A stretch of 25,650 nt of DNA, from positions 1 through 25,650 of the IMG/VR virus record IMGVR_UViG_3300033067_000538; one strand, given 5' to 3'. The position numbers and the translations under genes were made by a program. Each line of letters begins with the position of its first letter. The first letter of the stretch is position 1. This DNA is from a virus (taxonomy: Duplodnaviria; Caudoviricetes). Below the pieces are notes generated by a model. The model saw nothing but the letters and a program-made list of their open reading frames with translations, was not told the origin of the DNA and ran no database searches. This document shows, in pieces, positions 17,699 through 25,334 of this stretch.

Positions 17699-17982
17699 GA
17701 TTCGTCCTTTCTCCGTTCGATACGTAGGAATTCGTCGAAGCGGCTTGTCAGTCGGTCGAGCGCGGCGAATACGCGGTCCAGGGACTCGGTGACACCAGCT
17801 CGGGTGGCGAAGGTCTCGGCGGCGTGCAGCTTGTGATCTGAAAGGGTCTTCTCGGTGCGCGAGATGGCGGCGTCACGAGCGGCGAACTGCGCCGTCACCC
17901 ACGTCACGACGCCCCAGGCGAAGCCCGCCAGCGTCACGATGCCGATGCCGATCTGAATGAGAAGGTCGATCGTAATGGTCAT
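17695..17982 (-). CDS. single-pass membrane coiled-coil protein (holin/antiholin-like)
   Basis: 95 aa from MTITIDLL (ATGA overlap), N-terminal transmembrane helix plus amphipathic helix. Confidence 0.6.
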   Translation of the reverse strand: MTITIDLLIQIGIGIVTLAGFAWGVVTWVTAQFAARDAAISRTEKTLSDHKLHAAETFATRAGVTESLDRVFAALDRLTSRFDEFLRIERRKDES

Positions 17983-18299
17983 CGTTGCTTCGCCGCGCTG
18001 AGCCGATGGGCCAGATCGACGTAGAACGCCGTCAGCCCGCCGAGGGAGTAGCCGCACTTGACCAGCGTGGCGCGGTCGCGCGCCCACAACTTCTCGACCT
18101 CTGCCTTCGTCAGCGCTTTATCAGGCAGCACGACCGGGACGCACGAAGTCTTGATGTACTTCGTGGGCAGGTCCGGCAGGAAAATGCCGACGCTACTCGA
18201 AACGGGAGAGGCGGCGCACGCTGTCAGCATCCAGACACTGGTCAGCAGAACCAGGGCCTTGATCGGCAGCCAGATCGATGGCCTTGAGGACGTCCCCAA
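17979..18299 (-). CDS. o-spanin (Rz1-like lipoprotein)
   Basis: Lipobox LTAC after a hydrophobic stretch, Pro-rich body with two further Cys, overlaps the i-spanin 3' end. TTG start after AAGGA is inferred. Confidence 0.7.
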   Translation of the reverse strand: MGTSSRPSIWLPIKALVLLTSVWMLTACAASPVSSSVGIFLPDLPTKYIKTSCVPVVLPDKALTKAEVEKLWARDRATLVKCGYSLGGLTAFYVDLAHRLSAAKQR

Positions 18300-18555
18300 C
18301 TTGCAATTCCTTGAGTTCGAGTTTCTGATTGAGCGCGTCGAGCGCCTTGGTGGCCTCTTCCATCGCGCGGCGATTGGCGGCCTCCTGCGCGGCCTTCTCG
18401 GCTTCGCACTCGGCGCGGGCCTTGTCGTAGCCCCGCGTGTAGGCGTCGTACTTGATCTTCTCGACCCACAGGCCGGCGCCGCCAAGCAACACCACGACGC
18501 CGACTACCGCTGCGATCACTCGCCAATATCTGAGCGCGAAGAGCAGGGCGGGCAT
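18193..18555 (-). CDS. i-spanin (Rz-like)
   Basis: N-terminal transmembrane helix, coiled coil, C-terminal CLDADSVRRL, downstream of the endolysin. Confidence 0.75.
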   Translation of the reverse strand: MPALLFALRYWRVIAAVVGVVVLLGGAGLWVEKIKYDAYTRGYDKARAECEAEKAAQEAANRRAMEEATKALDALNQKLELKELQVGDVLKAIDLAADQGPGSADQCLDADSVRRLSRFE

Positions 18556-18686
18556 CAGCGGTACTCGTCCTCGCTGATCTCTGTGGGGTAGGGCGATTGT
18601 GGAGCGGCCATGGCCCACATCAAGCGAATGACGCCAAGCGTCACGATCACTGCAAAAACGACAGCGGAAAGGATGGTGGCGATCAT
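18555..18686 (-). CDS. 43-aa single-pass membrane protein, not in ORF track
   Basis: MIATILSAVVFAVIVTLGVIRLMWAMAAPQSPYPTEISEDEYR. ATGA overlap with the endolysin stop and TGATG overlap with the i-spanin start. Confidence 0.7.
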   Translation of the reverse strand: MIATILSAVVFAVIVTLGVIRLMWAMAAPQSPYPTEISEDEYR

Positions 18687-19204
18687 GCGACACCCGCGAG
18701 ACAGATTTCTCGATCACCGATGCGCGCGGCGTCACCGTTCTTGCGTCGCAGGTCCAAGCCCTTCACGACATGCCCGCCGGCCTTATTGAACCACGCCATC
18801 GCATCGCACGCGCCGGGCCAGTCTTTCGCCTCTGCCCGCCTGGCTGCAGTCGAGTTGCAGACCGCCGCGACGCCGACGTTCCACGCCAGATCCAGGAAGG
18901 ACGCCTGCACGCTGAACGGCACGCTGTCGAAATTGGCGATGCACTGACGCAGCGGCTGCTCGTAGTCGGCGAGAAGGCGCCGCTTGAGCATGTCCAGGCA
19001 CTGCTGGTCGGTGTAGCTGTCGCCCTGCTTGACGCCCTTGGTCTCGCCGTAGCAGACCGTCCAGACGTGGCCGATGGCGTCCCAATAGGCGACGTTGCGC
19101 TTCGACTCCCACGGCATCGTCAGATAGGTCGCGGTGAAGATCACCAGCGACATGCCGGTGGCTGCGGCAACGCCCAGCGCTGTCTTGGCGCGCTTACTCG
19201 CCAT
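18683..19204 (-). CDS. endolysin, T4-lysozyme-like (GH24), probable SAR type
   Basis: WESKRNVAYWDAIGHVWTVCYGET supplies the E, D and T catalytic residues. AWNVG and GLDLRR motifs. N-terminus is basic, then weakly hydrophobic and Ala/Gly-rich. Confidence 0.9.
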   Translation of the reverse strand: MASKRAKTALGVAAATGMSLVIFTATYLTMPWESKRNVAYWDAIGHVWTVCYGETKGVKQGDSYTDQQCLDMLKRRLLADYEQPLRQCIANFDSVPFSVQASFLDLAWNVGVAAVCNSTAARRAEAKDWPGACDAMAWFNKAGGHVVKGLDLRRKNGDAARIGDREICLAGVA

Positions 19205-19415
19205 CGGAGAGTCCCTTCTGCGGCAGGACTCGCGCCACGAGCGCGGCGGCGTTGAGCCCGAACGCCAGAGCCGGGATGAGGGCGGGGTGGCCGATGGCCT
19301 GGCCGTCGATCATCGAGATCGCCGCGGCGCCGGCCGACAGCAGCCCGCCCGCGAGCATGAAGCGCGAGCTCCACGCCCTCAGTAGAATGCGCCGCCATTC
19401 GGGAACGGGGCTCAA
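19194..19415 (-). CDS. holin (two transmembrane segments, pinholin candidate)
   Basis: 73 aa, WRRILLRAWS then two hydrophobic helices, ARVLPQ end, immediately upstream of the endolysin. Confidence 0.7.
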   Translation of the reverse strand: MSPVPEWRRILLRAWSSRFMLAGGLLSAGAAAISMIDGQAIGHPALIPALAFGLNAAALVARVLPQKGLSDGE

Positions 19416-19723
19416 TTGCCACCTCCGTTGATCGCCGCGAGCACGTCAGGGTTGGCCGCGAGGAACTCAGCCAGCTTCTGCTCCGGCGACTTCTCGGGGG
19501 CGGGCGGGGGAGGCTCCATCACCCACGGCTCAAGGCGATACACCTTGCCGTCGAAGTCCTCGTAATCGACGCCGACTTCCGCACAATGCACATGCGTCAG
19601 CTTGGTGGAGAGAACCAAGGGGTTGGGGATGCCGGGGCATTGCCCCCAGATGCCGCCCCAAGAACCGCATTCCACACCATCCGACACGGAGATCAGTTTG
19701 TATCCTACGATCTCACTGCTCAT
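19412..19723 (-). CDS. hypothetical tail-fibre-associated protein (possible chaperone)
   Basis: 103 aa, PPPP linker then SPEQKLAEFLAANPDV helix, follows the fibre genes. Confidence 0.55.
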   Translation of the reverse strand: MSSEIVGYKLISVSDGVECGSWGGIWGQCPGIPNPLVLSTKLTHVHCAEVGVDYEDFDGKVYRLEPWVMEPPPPAPEKSPEQKLAEFLAANPDVLAAINGGGN

Positions 19724-19724
19724 C

Positions 19725-20891
19725 TCACATCCCCAGCATCGGGCTATTGGTCGACACTATTCCACTCGCAGGCGTATAGGTCAGGACGATGATGCCCTGC
19801 TTGCCGGCACCGGTATTGCCAGCGCCGCTGCCCTTGGCTCCACCTGAACCGCCTCCATAGTTGCCGCCAGCACCCGAGTTACTAGCGCCGCTACCCAGCC
19901 CGCCGCCTCCGCCGCCGGAGCCGTGGGTTGCGTCCCACTCCGTTCCCGCGCCACCCGCGCCGCCACCCGATGTGCCTGCGGAGCCACCCGAGCCAGCATC
20001 CCCCGATCCACCGTTCGTGGCGGTATTACCTGCTGTAGAACTGCTATCGACCCCGGTGTTTCCCGCGCCAGCCCCGCCGGCAGCACCACCACCCCCGCTA
20101 CCACCGCTTCCGCCAGCGCCCGTGAGGTTCCCCCCGCGCCCGCCGTTGTTACTGGACGTGCCCACGCCGCTCGCACCGGTGCCGCCCGCCCCGCCATTCT
20201 GAGAGTTGTTGCCGGCTGCGCCGCCTACGCCGCCCTTGGACCCGACGCTCGACCCGCCCAGAGTAGTGCCGTTAAACCATGTGTCGCCGCCAGTGTTGCC
20301 GGCAACGTCGCCTGTAACGCCAGCGCCACCAGTCCCAAGCCGCCGCGTGGCCGTTGTCGTGCCCGGCGTGGCGAACGTAAAATTGGAGATGCTATTCCAA
20401 GCGCCACCTCCGCCCCCAGTCCCATGCGTCGTCGTGGTCTGGGCATAGCCGCCGCTTCCGCCCGCCCCGACCGTCTCGACGGTATTGCTCGAATTGTTCC
20501 AGTCAGACGGGCTCGTGTAGGTCTGGTTCGAGCCGGTTGTCGTGGTGATGAAAACCTGCGTGGCAAAATCGTATTCCAGCAGTTCGCCCATGCCCGGCAT
20601 CCAGCCGGGAGAGGGCAAGTCCCAATCCTCGCGCGGCATCGGCTCGCCATAGGCCAGATGCTTTGCCAGCGACCACGAGAAGGCGTCGAAGTCGTCGCGG
20701 CTGTCGAACCAGCCGGTCCATATCGTGCGGACGAAGCCATCGTGCAGCCGCTGCCGGGCGCGCACGCGGAAGCGCGTCATGTCAGGGTTGCCGAACTCGT
20801 CCTTGGGCTGCGCCAGAGACGGCGCGCGCCACTGCCGCTCGGGCACCGGCATGAACAGTTTGGACTGATATTTCTGCGGCAGAATTATCAT
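19725..20891 (-). CDS. glycine-rich tail fibre/receptor-binding protein
   Basis: 388 aa from MIILPQ (ATGA overlap). VETVGAGGSGG, GGGGGAW, GGNYGGGSGG and GAGKQGIIVLTY mark a phage glycine-rich domain. Confidence 0.75.
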   Translation of the reverse strand: MIILPQKYQSKLFMPVPERQWRAPSLAQPKDEFGNPDMTRFRVRARQRLHDGFVRTIWTGWFDSRDDFDAFSWSLAKHLAYGEPMPREDWDLPSPGWMPGMGELLEYDFATQVFITTTTGSNQTYTSPSDWNNSSNTVETVGAGGSGGYAQTTTTHGTGGGGGAWNSISNFTFATPGTTTATRRLGTGGAGVTGDVAGNTGGDTWFNGTTLGGSSVGSKGGVGGAAGNNSQNGGAGGTGASGVGTSSNNGGRGGNLTGAGGSGGSGGGGAAGGAGAGNTGVDSSSTAGNTATNGGSGDAGSGGSAGTSGGGAGGAGTEWDATHGSGGGGGGLGSGASNSGAGGNYGGGSGGAKGSGAGNTGAGKQGIIVLTYTPASGIVSTNSPMLGM

Positions 20892-21931
20892 TGCAGGGCG
20901 TAGATGCTGTAGGTGGAAATGCCGTTGATGCGGCGGATCGAGATGAGGAACTTGCTGGTGTTGGTCGTGGTCAGGGTCGAACCGGTACTGCTGCCCACGG
21001 TGAAGCCGGAGAAGGTGATGGTGCCGGCGGTGGCATCGTTGGTCACGAGGATGTCGACGGCGCAGTCCGAGGCCGGTGCGGTCCACGTCGCCGCGCCATG
21101 ATTGGTGCCATACTGGTAGTTGCCCAGCGTCGGGTCGATGGTGAAGCTGGTGATGTTGCCGAGGTTATTCGGCGTGATAGTAAAACCCGCAGTGATCGTA
21201 CCCGTAGTCCCGAGACGCAGATAAAACGTATCGAAGTACGCTTTGAGCGTCGCCTTGATGTTGGCCCACGTGACCTTCTTCGACACGTTCGACGCAGCGC
21301 TGTCGGAGATAGCCACCAGATCGGCATCGACCGGCGTGGTCTTGCCGGTGAAGCCGTTGATGAGCGGCCCGATCGCCACGCCCACCCACGTCTTGAGATT
21401 GGCGAAAGTGAGCTGCTTGGTGGCGTTCGTCGCCGCGCTGTCCTGGATGGGGAGCGAGTCCGCGTCAACCGGCGTAGTCTTGCTCGTGGCGGCGTTGACG
21501 AGCGCGCCGAACCCGGTAAACGCCGCGGCCCACAAATTGGCCAGCGTAACCTGCTTGGTGGCGTTCGACGCCGCTGAGTCGGCCACCGCGATGCTGTCCG
21601 CACCAACCGGGGTGGTTTTGCCGGTGAGCGCCGCGATGACGGCGCCGAGTTTGACGCCTGCGGCCGTGGCGAAATTCGCCCAGGTGATTTTCTTGACGAC
21701 GTTCGACGCCGCAGAATCGACCAGCCCGATTTCATCGGCATCGGCCAGCGTTGTCTTAGCCGAGGCGGCGTGAACCTGCCCCTCGAGCGCGAGCGGAAAG
21801 CCGCCGGCAGTGGCTCCGTCGTTGACGACGACAGTGTGCTTGTCGGTGTCGACCGTGACCTCGCCGGCCAGGCCGGTGAACGTCGCGTGTTGCGCGGTCG
21901 TGCCTCTGCGGGACTGGATTGCCGTGCTCAT
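20888..21931 (-). CDS. tail fibre protein with Mtd_N-like N-terminus and four 46-aa repeats
   Basis: IQSRRGTTAQHATFTGLAGEVTVDTDKHTVVVNDGATAGGFPLA resembles the major-tropism-determinant N-terminal domain. Repeated KTTPVDAD...DSAASN..K..T.AN. Confidence 0.8.
   Translation of the reverse strand: MSTAIQSRRGTTAQHATFTGLAGEVTVDTDKHTVVVNDGATAGGFPLALEGQVHAASAKTTLADADEIGLVDSAASNVVKKITWANFATAAGVKLGAVIAALTGKTTPVGADSIAVADSAASNATKQVTLANLWAAAFTGFGALVNAATSKTTPVDADSLPIQDSAATNATKQLTFANLKTWVGVAIGPLINGFTGKTTPVDADLVAISDSAASNVSKKVTWANIKATLKAYFDTFYLRLGTTGTITAGFTITPNNLGNITSFTIDPTLGNYQYGTNHGAATWTAPASDCAVDILVTNDATAGTITFSGFTVGSSTGSTLTTTNTSKFLISIRRINGISTYSIYALQ
21250..21757 (-). repeat. four tandem 138-bp (46-aa) degenerate repeats
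   Basis: KTT codons start at 21757, 21619, 21481 and 21343, exactly 138 bp apart. Confidence 0.9.
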
Positions 21932-22374
21932 GCGATGCTCCCGTAATCCAGGGGGGCCCCGGCGGCCTCTGTTATCGAGCCGTAGTCGCCAAAGTACCCG
22001 CCCGCAGCGACGATCTCAGCGACTGCCGCGAGCTGCGCTGCTGCGGCCTCAAGATCCGCTTCCGCTGCGGCGAGGCCAACAGCGGATGCAGCAGCGGCAT
22101 CCGCCGATGCCTGCGCCGCCGCCGCGTCTGCAGCCGTCTCCGCCGTGATTGTGCCGACCAGATCGACTGCCAGGCTATCCTCTGTGACGATGCCGTTCTT
22201 GAGCGCGCCATCCGATCGCCTCACGTCCTTGATGGCGTTGACGTGCGAAAGAATCGCGTCGCTGATGTCGGCGAACTGAATGTCTAGCTGCGCACCCGGT
22301 TTTGGCGTGCTCGGCTGCGAGGTCTCGAAGTCCGAGAAGTCGTAGCTCGGATTGTAGGGATTCGGGTCTGCCAC
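21928..22374 (-). CDS. short tail-fibre anchor/adapter protein
   Basis: 148 aa, GTG start after GAGG. Fibre-anchor-like N-terminus (VRRSDGALKNGIV), Ala-rich coiled coil, two C-terminal DYGSI motifs. Confidence 0.6.
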   Translation of the reverse strand: MADPNPYNPSYDFSDFETSQPSTPKPGAQLDIQFADISDAILSHVNAIKDVRRSDGALKNGIVTEDSLAVDLVGTITAETAADAAAAQASADAAAASAVGLAAAEADLEAAAAQLAAVAEIVAAGGYFGDYGSITEAAGAPLDYGSIA

Positions 22375-22422
22375 TGTCGGCCTCTGTCAGTCAAATGCGA
22401 CCTGCAGAATACGACAAACGCG

Positions 22423-22746
22423 CTACGGGCGCAATGCGTCGCTCAGATAGGCCACCAGATCGGGGTTGTCGCGCCAGACCTGGGCGAGCTGGTTCGACAG
22501 GTGCGTCACGGTGCGCTCTTCGGAGTCGGTGTCCTCGATGCCGGCCACGTCGAAGCACGCATGGATGACCTCGTGCAGCAGCGTCGAGGCCGCTTTGACC
22601 GGCCCGTAGGACGTATCGACGCGGATAATCGCGTTGGCCTTGTCACACTCGCCGTAGCGCCCCGCCGCGTTCGCGTGCTGGGTGACCCAGATCTCGACAG
22701 CGAAGTCCAGGTAGCCGACGCGAATAGACGCCGGGAGGCTGCTCAT
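22423..22746 (-). CDS. small HExxH zinc metallopeptidase-like protein
   Basis: GRYGECD, IIRVD, TLLHEVIHA, downstream EE. Confidence 0.7.
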   Translation of the reverse strand: MSSLPASIRVGYLDFAVEIWVTQHANAAGRYGECDKANAIIRVDTSYGPVKAASTLLHEVIHACFDVAGIEDTDSEERTVTHLSNQLAQVWRDNPDLVAYLSDALRP

Positions 22747-22937
22747 GCGACGCTCTCCGGCTGCCGCTCGCGGCGCCCGAAAGCCCGCTCGACGATCTGG
22801 CCCTTGGCGTCGGCCTTCTCCAGCCCGGCCCGCAACGAGGCAAAGAACTCGTTGCGCAGCTTGGCACCGTAGCCGCCCGAGGCGTGCGTGCCGAGCTCGT
22901 TGTCCGTCATGGCGAGAAGCTGGGCGGGGGTGAACAT
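22743..22937 (-). CDS. hypothetical protein (64 aa)
   Basis: Fills the gap between neighbours, ATGA overlap with the downstream gene. Confidence 0.55.
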   Translation of the reverse strand: MFTPAQLLAMTDNELGTHASGGYGAKLRNEFFASLRAGLEKADAKGQIVERAFGRRERQPESVA

Positions 22938-22941
22938 CGTT

Positions 22942-23217
22942 TTACTCGACGAAATCGCCGTGCGTGCTGATCTCGAACTTGGCGGACTGGCTCTGCGCAG
23001 TGCCGTCGGGATTATTCCATGCCGAGCCGCTGGCGACGATGCTCACGACCTTGTCGGCGGGCAGGCTTTTCAGCAGCGTCTCGGCCACTCCACCGAGGCT
23101 ATTCTTCGCGGCCTCTTCGGCCGAACCAGCGGGGCAGCCGCCGGTCTTCGAGAACGTGTCGGTGATGACTTCGGAGAGCTTGCCGGCGCGGCCGGTTTTG
23201 TTCAGGGACCAGGACAT
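22942..23217 (-). CDS. hypothetical protein (91 aa, MSWSLNKTG...)
   Basis: AAAGG upstream of the ATG at 23217, phage-like codon use. Confidence 0.65.
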   Translation of the reverse strand: MSWSLNKTGRAGKLSEVITDTFSKTGGCPAGSAEEAAKNSLGGVAETLLKSLPADKVVSIVASGSAWNNPDGTAQSQSAKFEISTHGDFVE

Positions 23218-23329
23218 CAGCGTTGAACCTTTGATCGTGTTTGTTGCCGATGCGGGCGACCGCGAAACGAACCGCAATCGACGTGCTGGGGTGGAGTTCT
23301 TCCGGTTCCCGCCTGCATCGGTGTCAGGG

Positions 23330-23359
23330 ACTGTAAGGCAGAATCGACTGACGCGTCAA
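23330..23359 (-). promoter_or_regulatory. sigma70-type promoter
   Basis: Minus strand TTGACG, 18 bp, TACAGT, with GTCAGTC in the spacer. Confidence 0.55.
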
Positions 23360-23362
23360 GGT

Positions 23363-23932
23363 TCAGTCGAAGACACTCGGCTTTGGTGCGCCGGAGTTGA
23401 AAAACTCCCCGTGCAGTTCTCGGCCACGCGCGCAGTACGCAGCGTGCGCCTCTGCCGGTGTGTCGTAGGCGCCCAAATACCACGTCACGCCGTCCTTCTT
23501 CGCCGATGCAGAGAACCGGCGACCAGAAACAGACACCCCCTTTGGCAACCCGAGTTTGGACCACCCACGCCTGTTCGCGTTGTTCTGGGACCTTGTCGCC
23601 GGCCTTAGGTTTGTGCGCCGATTGTCGACAGTGTCGACGTTTCTGTGGTCAACAAAATCCGGGCGCCGCCCCTGATTCTCCAAGGCGTATATGACCGAAT
23701 GAGCAAACGGCTTGCGCTCTCTACCCATGTACACGAACGTCAGGCGCACATAGCCTTCCGCGTCGCGTGTTCCTGCTAGGCGCCCGGCATATTTCCTGTT
23801 CCACGTGGTGCAGTGTGCAGCCGTGACGAAGTGACTCTCCGGCCGTGCGCGCCAGAAGACCTCGCCGGTCTCGGGCACGTAGCGAAAGCACTCGCGCAAA
23901 AATTCAACGGGTGGTAGGGGTCTTGCTGTCAT
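23363..23932 (-). CDS. free-standing HNH homing endonuclease with AP2-like C-terminal domain
   Basis: LRECFRYVPETG, VDHRNVDTVDNRRTNLRPATRSQNNAN, LPKGV, YLGAYDTPAEAHAAY, LHGEF. Start at MTARPL (23932). Confidence 0.9.
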   Translation of the reverse strand: MTARPLPPVEFLRECFRYVPETGEVFWRARPESHFVTAAHCTTWNRKYAGRLAGTRDAEGYVRLTFVYMGRERKPFAHSVIYALENQGRRPDFVDHRNVDTVDNRRTNLRPATRSQNNANRRGWSKLGLPKGVSVSGRRFSASAKKDGVTWYLGAYDTPAEAHAAYCARGRELHGEFFNSGAPKPSVFD

Positions 23933-23996
23933 AGCGCAGTTCCGATGCGTTGTGGCGATGAGGCCGAGCAGCGTTGACGCGCTGTTCGGCCCGACT

Positions 23997-24025
23997 ATTT
24001 TAGGCGGTCTGTCAGTCCGTTGCAA
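23997..24025 (-). promoter_or_regulatory. sigma70-type promoter upstream of the HNH gene
   Basis: Minus strand TTGCAA, 17 bp, TAAAAT, with GACTGACA in the spacer. Confidence 0.7.
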
Positions 24026-24256
24026 CCTGCAAAGACTGATCGGACTGATTGTCCGAATTGGTTTTTGAGCCGCGGATTCGTACAGGCGTGGAGCGACAGT
24101 TTCCGCCGAGCCGAGCGAGTATACCGGAGGGGTGCCCGACGCCTCGAGCGCCGCGCCTGCCACCCTTCGACTGCCACTGTCTAGATTACTGATCTAGTCA
24201 CACACGTTATGGATCAATGGGTTAGCCGGGTAGTTGGGCTAGGCTTGCGCACAACC

Positions 24257-24703
24257 CTAGTCGAAGACGCCAGGTTCGGGCGTCACGTCGCGCGCCGACT
24301 CGGCCCGTGCGTCCTGTTCGCGACGCAAGGTTTCGATGCTGGCTTGGAGCTCGTCGTAGCTCATCTCTGATGGCTCTTTGTCGGCCTTGCCTTCATCGAC
24401 GCCTAGCGTGCGATCATAGGCCAGCTTGGTGGCGCCCAGCGCCGCGCCGGCTGGCACGGTCTTGTCAGTCAGCAGGCGCTTATGTGTGGCGAGCGCAAGT
24501 GGCAGAATCTCGTCTCGCAACATGATCTCGGCCTGGCGGATGACCTCGTCGCGTACTGCCGGCCGCGCCATGAGCTGCGAGCCCGAAACGTGCGGGTGCG
24601 CCAATCCGGCCCTTGTGGCCGCGTATTCGCGATCATTGGTCCGCGCCATGTAGCGGCTAAACGCCTTTTCTTTGGGGGTCAGCGACCCGTTTTTTCGTGG
24701 CAA
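24257..24703 (-). CDS. terminase small subunit (probable)
   Basis: LTPKEKAFSRYM...AATRAGL...SQLMARPAVRDEV resembles the TerS helix-turn-helix region. SEMSYDELQ C-terminal motif, first gene of the late strand. TTG start after AAGGGG is inferred. Confidence 0.7.
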   Translation of the reverse strand: MPRKNGSLTPKEKAFSRYMARTNDREYAATRAGLAHPHVSGSQLMARPAVRDEVIRQAEIMLRDEILPLALATHKRLLTDKTVPAGAALGATKLAYDRTLGVDEGKADKEPSEMSYDELQASIETLRREQDARAESARDVTPEPGVFD

Positions 24704-24793
24704 AGCCGCCGAGCCCCTTCGCCGTTGTGCTGTAATAACATAACACCAGCAACAGCCTAAGCGCAAATATGACGATCATCATAAATGGGGAAC

Positions 24794-24868
24794 GGCCCGC
24801 ACGCAACTTTTTGTCAGTCTGTAAGTTGACAACGTAAGATAGTCGCCTTACATCATGCTTATCGAACC
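24794..24868 (+). repeat. 75-bp promoter repeat, copy 1
   Basis: 70/75 identical to 25335-25409. Contains TTGACA (24826-24831), 17 bp, TACATC. Confidence 0.9.
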
Positions 24869-24885
24869 GATGGAGACTGACAAAA

Positions 24886-25107
24886 ATGACCGACAGAAGA
24901 GGTTACACAACGGCGGAAGGGCAGAAGCGCCTGATGGCCGAAAGCATGAGTCTTCCGTCCGATACCTACACTCGGACGATCGACATAAACGCTCCGGGCG
25001 ACTACGGCGCCGACCCTATCGGCGATGGTACATTCCGCATGGTCCCAAGTGGCGACATAGTCGACTTCGCCGAGCGGAACCGCCGTCTGAACTCTCGGAA
25101 GGCATGA
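24886..25107 (+). CDS. small early hypothetical protein (73 aa)
   Basis: GGAGA RBS, directly after promoter repeat 1. Confidence 0.65.
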   Translation: MTDRRGYTTAEGQKRLMAESMSLPSDTYTRTIDINAPGDYGADPIGDGTFRMVPSGDIVDFAERNRRLNSRKA

Positions 25108-25110
25108 GCC

Positions 25111-25320
25111 ATGAGCTTCCACCGCGAATATCGTGACGCTTTCAACGCCGCTTGCGACTTGGCCCGCACCCTGCAGCGGGAAGTCGGGCTCGAGAAAGCC
25201 GACAATCCGCTGGATGGCAAAGGCTATCGCGTCATCCACCTGCCAAAGCCTGAGAACCGCTATGGCTTCGAGCTGCGTTGCCAAGTGGTCTCGCCGACCG
25301 AACCCAAAATGGCCGTGTAG
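25111..25320 (+). CDS. small early hypothetical protein (69 aa)
   Basis: Starts 3 bp after the previous stop, GGAAGG upstream. Confidence 0.65.
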   Translation: MSFHREYRDAFNAACDLARTLQREVGLEKADNPLDGKGYRVIHLPKPENRYGFELRCQVVSPTEPKMAV

Positions 25321-25334
25321 ACCCGAGCCTGACA

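Noticed and set aside
20892-21086. Track extensions of ORFs into upstream genes (also 6669..6947, 14932..14997, 18556..18735)
   Set aside because: Coupled starts at the upstream stop codons explain the real starts, and the extensions look like off-frame translation.
19725-21931. Diversity-generating retroelement suggested by the Mtd_N-like domain
   Set aside because: No reverse transcriptase and no template/variable repeat pair differing at adenines in this window.
23933-24163. N-terminal extension of the HNH ORF given in the track
   Set aside because: It runs through a promoter and hairpin, and family-like sequence starts at MTARPL.
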